Assembly: GCA_041562555.1 (NCBI GenBank)
Contig: JBFEXS010000075.1
Coordinates: 1-10,831 of the forward strand
DNA from: Sulfurimonadaceae bacterium
GTDB taxonomy: Bacteria; Campylobacterota; Campylobacteria; Campylobacterales; Sulfurimonadaceae
Reading direction: 5' to 3'
DNA: 10,831 nucleotides
Positions within the stretch are counted from its first letter, which is position 1. Each line of letters opens with the position of its first letter. The notes beneath the pieces were generated by a model that had not been told where the DNA came from, did no database searches, and worked only from the letters and a program-made list of their open reading frames with translations. Position numbers and translations under genes: made by a program. Shown here one piece after another: positions 7,993 through 10,831 of this stretch.

Positions 7993-8017
7993 AGCCATCC
8001 TTTGAAATGATGGCTAT
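7991..8017. repeat. Perfect 9-bp inverted repeat ATAGCCATC-N9-GATGGCTAT over the yihY TSS, SD and start codon
   Basis: The arms at 7991-7999 and 8009-8017 are exact reverse complements. Confidence 0.8.
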
Positions 8018-8023
8018 TATAGC
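8016..8023 (-). promoter_or_regulatory. -10 box (gcTATAAT) of an internal promoter for the YihY gene
   Basis: The minus strand reads TTTTTTTTCTTTCGC-TATAAT-AGCCATC-ATTTCAAAGGATGGCT-ATG. This is a perfect TATAAT with a T-rich upstream tract, and predicts a TSS near 8008-8009. Confidence 0.65.
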
Positions 8024-8073
8024 GAAAGAAAAAAAATGGTGTTACCCAATCTTCTCGTCAGAGTAGATCGTCG

Positions 8074-9456
8074 TTAGTTCAGTCCCATTTTGTGAGGGTT
8101 TAAGATATTATTCGGATCGAATGCCTTTTTGATCGCATTGAAAAGGTTCATCTCTTCGTCGGTAAAGGCCATGGACATATACGGCGCTTTTGCAATACCG
8201 ATACCGTGTTCCCCACTCAGTGTCCCACCCAGGTCTACAGTAGCCTGGAAGACTTCTTCAATAGCCTGATATGCGATCTTGACTTGTTCAGGATCAGATC
8301 CGTCGACCATTACATTGGTATGGACATTGCCATCTCCTGTGTGCCCGAAACACGGGATGTTGATATCATATTTTTCTGCAATCGCATAAAACTTTTCAAG
8401 AAGCTGAGGTAATACTGCACGAGGTACGGTAACGTCTTCATTAAGTTTTTTCGATCCATAGACCGTGATCGATTGACTCGCATTTCGGCGTGCGAACCAG
8501 AGATCGGCTGCTTCTTTTTCATCTTGTGCACGTTTGAATTCAGAACAACCGTTTTCTTTGAAGATCTTTTCAATTAAATCAAGTTGGAAGTTAAGGTCAT
8601 CTTCCAGGTTCCCATCGACATCGGTTACCAATATGGCACCTGCTTCAACAGGAAGCCCCTTGTGATAGGTCTGTTCAACAGCACGAATCGTCAAGTTGTC
8701 CAAGAACTCCATAGCCACCGGTGTCACACCGCCTGCCATTGTCTTGTATACGGCTTCCATTGCATCGGTAACACTTGGAAAGATACCCATGGCTGTTTTT
8801 GTCATCTTTGGTTTAGAGAGCAGTTTTAAAGTGATCTCCGTTGTTACTGCCAATGTCCCTTCCGAAGCGATAAGGATACCTGAGATATTATAGCCGGCAA
8901 CATCTTTGATCGTACGTTTTCCCGCTTTGATGATGTCTCCGTTAGGCAGTACGGCACGTATTGCCATGACATAGTCTTTGGTAATCCCGTATTTTGCCGC
9001 ACGCATTCCACCTGCATTCTCATTTACGTTTCCACCGATGGTTGAATAGTCTTGACTTGCAGGATCCGGTGGATAGAAAAGACCAACCTCCTCTACGGCT
9101 TTTTGAAGATCCATATTGATCACACCGGGCTGGACGACAGCGACCATGTTTTGCATGTCAATCTCGAGTATTTTATTCATATGACGTTCAAAAGCCAATA
9201 CGATTCCGCCTTCAGAAGGAATCGCTCCTCCCGTGAATCCGCTTCCGGCACCACGAGGGACGATGATGATACGGTGTTCATTACAGTATTTCAATATGTT
9301 TGATATATCTTCTTCGTTTCGAGGAAAAATAACTGCATCGGGTTCAAAATGCTCACGTGTTGCATCGTAGGAATAGGCAATAAGGTGAGCCTTATCATCA
9401 TATATGTTCTCTTTTCCAACAATACTTTCAAAATGTTTATAGTGTTTCTTATCCAT
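8074..9456 (-). CDS. glcD: FAD-linked oxidase, glycolate oxidase subunit GlcD / D-2-hydroxyacid dehydrogenase family
   Basis: VPRGAGSGFTGG, YPPDPAS, STIGGNVNENAGG, KYG, SEGTL, GHTGDGNVH, SGEHGIG and FDPNNILNP. SD AAGGAG at 9470-9465 overlaps the upstream stop. The substrate cannot be determined from sequence. Confidence 0.9.
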   Translation of the reverse strand: MDKKHYKHFESIVGKENIYDDKAHLIAYSYDATREHFEPDAVIFPRNEEDISNILKYCNEHRIIIVPRGAGSGFTGGAIPSEGGIVLAFERHMNKILEIDMQNMVAVVQPGVINMDLQKAVEEVGLFYPPDPASQDYSTIGGNVNENAGGMRAAKYGITKDYVMAIRAVLPNGDIIKAGKRTIKDVAGYNISGILIASEGTLAVTTEITLKLLSKPKMTKTAMGIFPSVTDAMEAVYKTMAGGVTPVAMEFLDNLTIRAVEQTYHKGLPVEAGAILVTDVDGNLEDDLNFQLDLIEKIFKENGCSEFKRAQDEKEAADLWFARRNASQSITVYGSKKLNEDVTVPRAVLPQLLEKFYAIAEKYDINIPCFGHTGDGNVHTNVMVDGSDPEQVKIAYQAIEEVFQATVDLGGTLSGEHGIGIAKAPYMSMAFTDEEMNLFNAIKKAFDPNNILNPHKMGLN

Positions 9457-9468
9457 TATTTTTGCTCC

Positions 9469-10362
9469 TTATTCATCAGGTATAAATTCGTCATCGTTTT
9501 CAATAAGACGAGGTTCTTCAGAAGTTTCTTCAAACGCTTCAACTTCTTCATCATCACTGGACCAGAAATCAAACCATGAGCTTGATCCCTCCTCCTGTTC
9601 AAAACTGTTCTGTGCGTATTCCTGTATCCATGCATTGTCAGGATTGTTCTGTGCAAGCAGTGAGACATAATAGGACGTATAGTCCGTTAACTCATCACTT
9701 CCATCACCAAACCAGTTTGCCTCGATTGTATTGAGGCGGGTATAAAAAGGAAGTTGCGTTTCGTCCGATTCAATCGTCGTTGATTTGTTTTCCATGATTT
9801 TGAAACTATGACAATCTACGGTCAGTAATGATTTCTCGAAGGAAAAAGCAACCAGCCCGATGTTATTCGCTCGACAGGCCTGGGAAAAGTCCTCGGTTAG
9901 AGGAGAGGGATGGCCGTTCGTTGAAAGTGTTGTCGCAAATATGTCCGGATGTACCCATTTACGTTCAGGATGATATGCTGTTACCTTTTTATACACACTT
10001 GGATTTGGTGCAATCAAAAGGGCTCGGTGATAGTTATATCCGAGGATGACTTCATCGCCTACATGAGGTGTCCACTTTCCACTCGGAAGGGCACTCTGCT
10101 CAAGGGCATATATAGGCGACATTTTCAAGGTGGTAGTGGTGCCTTCTATGTGGGTCACCTCTACCCATGAAAGCGCAATAGAGTGCTCAGCATCGAACCA
10201 GTGGACGATAGCTCCGTACATGCCGATCTGTGCTTGGGGAAGAGTTGTGATGGTGATCTCTTGTTCCACTTCGTTGATGGTATTGACGGTAGTATGTACC
10301 GGTGAAGTGATAATGGCGAAGAGATAGGTCGAAAAAAGAGTGATAAATAGGATTAAACGCAT
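9469..10362 (-). CDS. Exported protein with a plasminogen-binding protein PgbA N-terminal-like domain and an acidic C-terminal tail
   Basis: Sec signal MRLILFITLFSTYLFA. The motifs LEQSALP, P..GDEVILGYNYHRALLIAPN, WVHPDIFA, VDCHSFKI and PFYTR are recognised from the PgbA_N family. Its position between glcD and the M23 gene matches the arrangement I recall from Helicobacter/Campylobacter. Confidence 0.8.
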   Translation of the reverse strand: MRLILFITLFSTYLFAIITSPVHTTVNTINEVEQEITITTLPQAQIGMYGAIVHWFDAEHSIALSWVEVTHIEGTTTTLKMSPIYALEQSALPSGKWTPHVGDEVILGYNYHRALLIAPNPSVYKKVTAYHPERKWVHPDIFATTLSTNGHPSPLTEDFSQACRANNIGLVAFSFEKSLLTVDCHSFKIMENKSTTIESDETQLPFYTRLNTIEANWFGDGSDELTDYTSYYVSLLAQNNPDNAWIQEYAQNSFEQEEGSSSWFDFWSSDDEEVEAFEETSEEPRLIENDDEFIPDE

Positions 10363-10387
10363 ATGGTCCTCTATGAATTAATAGGGG

Positions 10388-10393
10388 ATTATA
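10388..10393 (-). promoter_or_regulatory. -10 box (TATAAT) for the pgbA-like/glcD operon
   Basis: ATTATA on + reads TATAAT on -. It lies about 25 nt upstream of ATG 10362, with GAGGA (10371-10367) in between. Confidence 0.6.
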
Positions 10394-10501
10394 CTTTCTA
10401 TACAATTAAAGCGCAATTAGCTCGAAAAATTGTGCGATTTATGGGGGGATAAGTGAAGATTAGATACTCTTGCTAAACTTTTTTAGAGGCATTTAATTAT
10501 T

Positions 10502-10831
10502 ATGAATAAACTTTTTGTTTCCCTTCTCTTGCCTTTTACTCTGCTGGCATCAACGGTGGAGTATACCAAATGGAGTAGCGGAGAATCTTTCTTAAACTTT
10601 TTGGAAAAACATAATCTACCTCAAAAGATCTATTACAATCTGGACAAGAGCGATCAGACTATCACCGAGGAGATCTATGCCGGTGTAAACGTACAGATCT
10701 TACGTGACAATAACGATACGATAGAGCAGGTGCTGATTCCGATAAATGACGAGCTGCAACTGCACCTGTATAAAGACAAAAAGAAGTACAAACTTCAATC
10801 TATTCCTATTGAATATACAAAGAGACAAGAG
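10502..10831 (+). CDS. Peptidoglycan DD-metalloendopeptidase, M23 family, Csd3/HdpA-like (3'-partial)
   Basis: Not in the ORF track because there is no stop in the window. It has 110 open codons: MNKLFVSLLLPFTLLASTVEYTKWSSGESFLNFLEKHNLPQKIYYNLDKSDQTITEEIYAGVNVQILRDNNDTIEQVLIPINDELQLHLYK.... The signal peptide and the W..G.SFL.FL / IEQVLIPI..ELQLH pattern resemble the Csd3 N-terminal domain. The catalytic domain lies outside the window. Confidence 0.8.
   Translation, partial: MNKLFVSLLLPFTLLASTVEYTKWSSGESFLNFLEKHNLPQKIYYNLDKSDQTITEEIYAGVNVQILRDNNDTIEQVLIPINDELQLHLYKDKKKYKLQSIPIEYTKRQE

Noticed and set aside
8049..8068. Hairpin ATCTTCTC-GTCA-GAGTAGAT after glcD as a terminator
   Set aside because: It has only 7 pairs with an internal mismatch, and the U-tract is about 12 nt away, which is too weak to call.
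1106..10405. The many 60-112 aa alternative-frame and antisense ORFs in the track
   Set aside because: They lie wholly or largely inside well-supported genes and show no recognisable motifs, so they are treated as shadow ORFs.
10443..10448. G6 tract in the divergent promoter region (also A8 at 1607-1614 and 8029-8036) as contingency loci
   Set aside because: G6 is shorter than typical Campylobacter phase-variable poly-G tracts, priA is in frame, and A-runs are common in such genomes.
1..10831. Enrichment of RAATTY, the methylated motif used for C. jejuni DNA uptake
   Set aside because: A manual scan found only about 6 copies, so there is no sign of enrichment. A genome-wide k-mer count would be needed to say more.
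1..10831. CRISPR arrays, tRNA/rRNA genes, IS elements, prophage or defence systems
   Set aside because: The window is almost fully coding with recognisable housekeeping genes, and the intergenic gaps are under 140 nt with no periodic repeats.

Overview
Core-chromosome segment that looks like Campylobacterota (Epsilonproteobacteria), judged from gene order and protein style. On the + strand it carries three tandem type IV pilin/pseudopilin-like genes, then priA, then ispG-dnaB-comEC. Pilin 1 is cut off at the window edge. Pilin 2 is broken by a 1-nt frameshift that the ORF track hides. Pilin 3 most likely starts at TTG 1018. Converging on the - strand are a PgbA-like exported protein, a GlcD-like FAD-linked oxidase and a YihY/BrkB membrane protein. 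A Csd3/HdpA-like M23 peptidase gene, missing from the ORF track, starts divergently at 10502 and runs off the end. I see no mobile element, CRISPR array, RNA gene or clearly new multi-gene system. The best leads are small-scale: (1) the cryptic C-terminal half of pilin 2; (2) PglB-type N-glycosylation sequons at the same position in the disulfide loops of pilins 1 and 2; (3) a probable leaderless ispG-dnaB-comEC mRNA; (4) a hairpin that would block the yihY ribosome-binding site only on read-through transcripts; (5) a 168-bp convergent comEC/yihY overlap; and (6) DNA-uptake genes flanking replication-restart genes.
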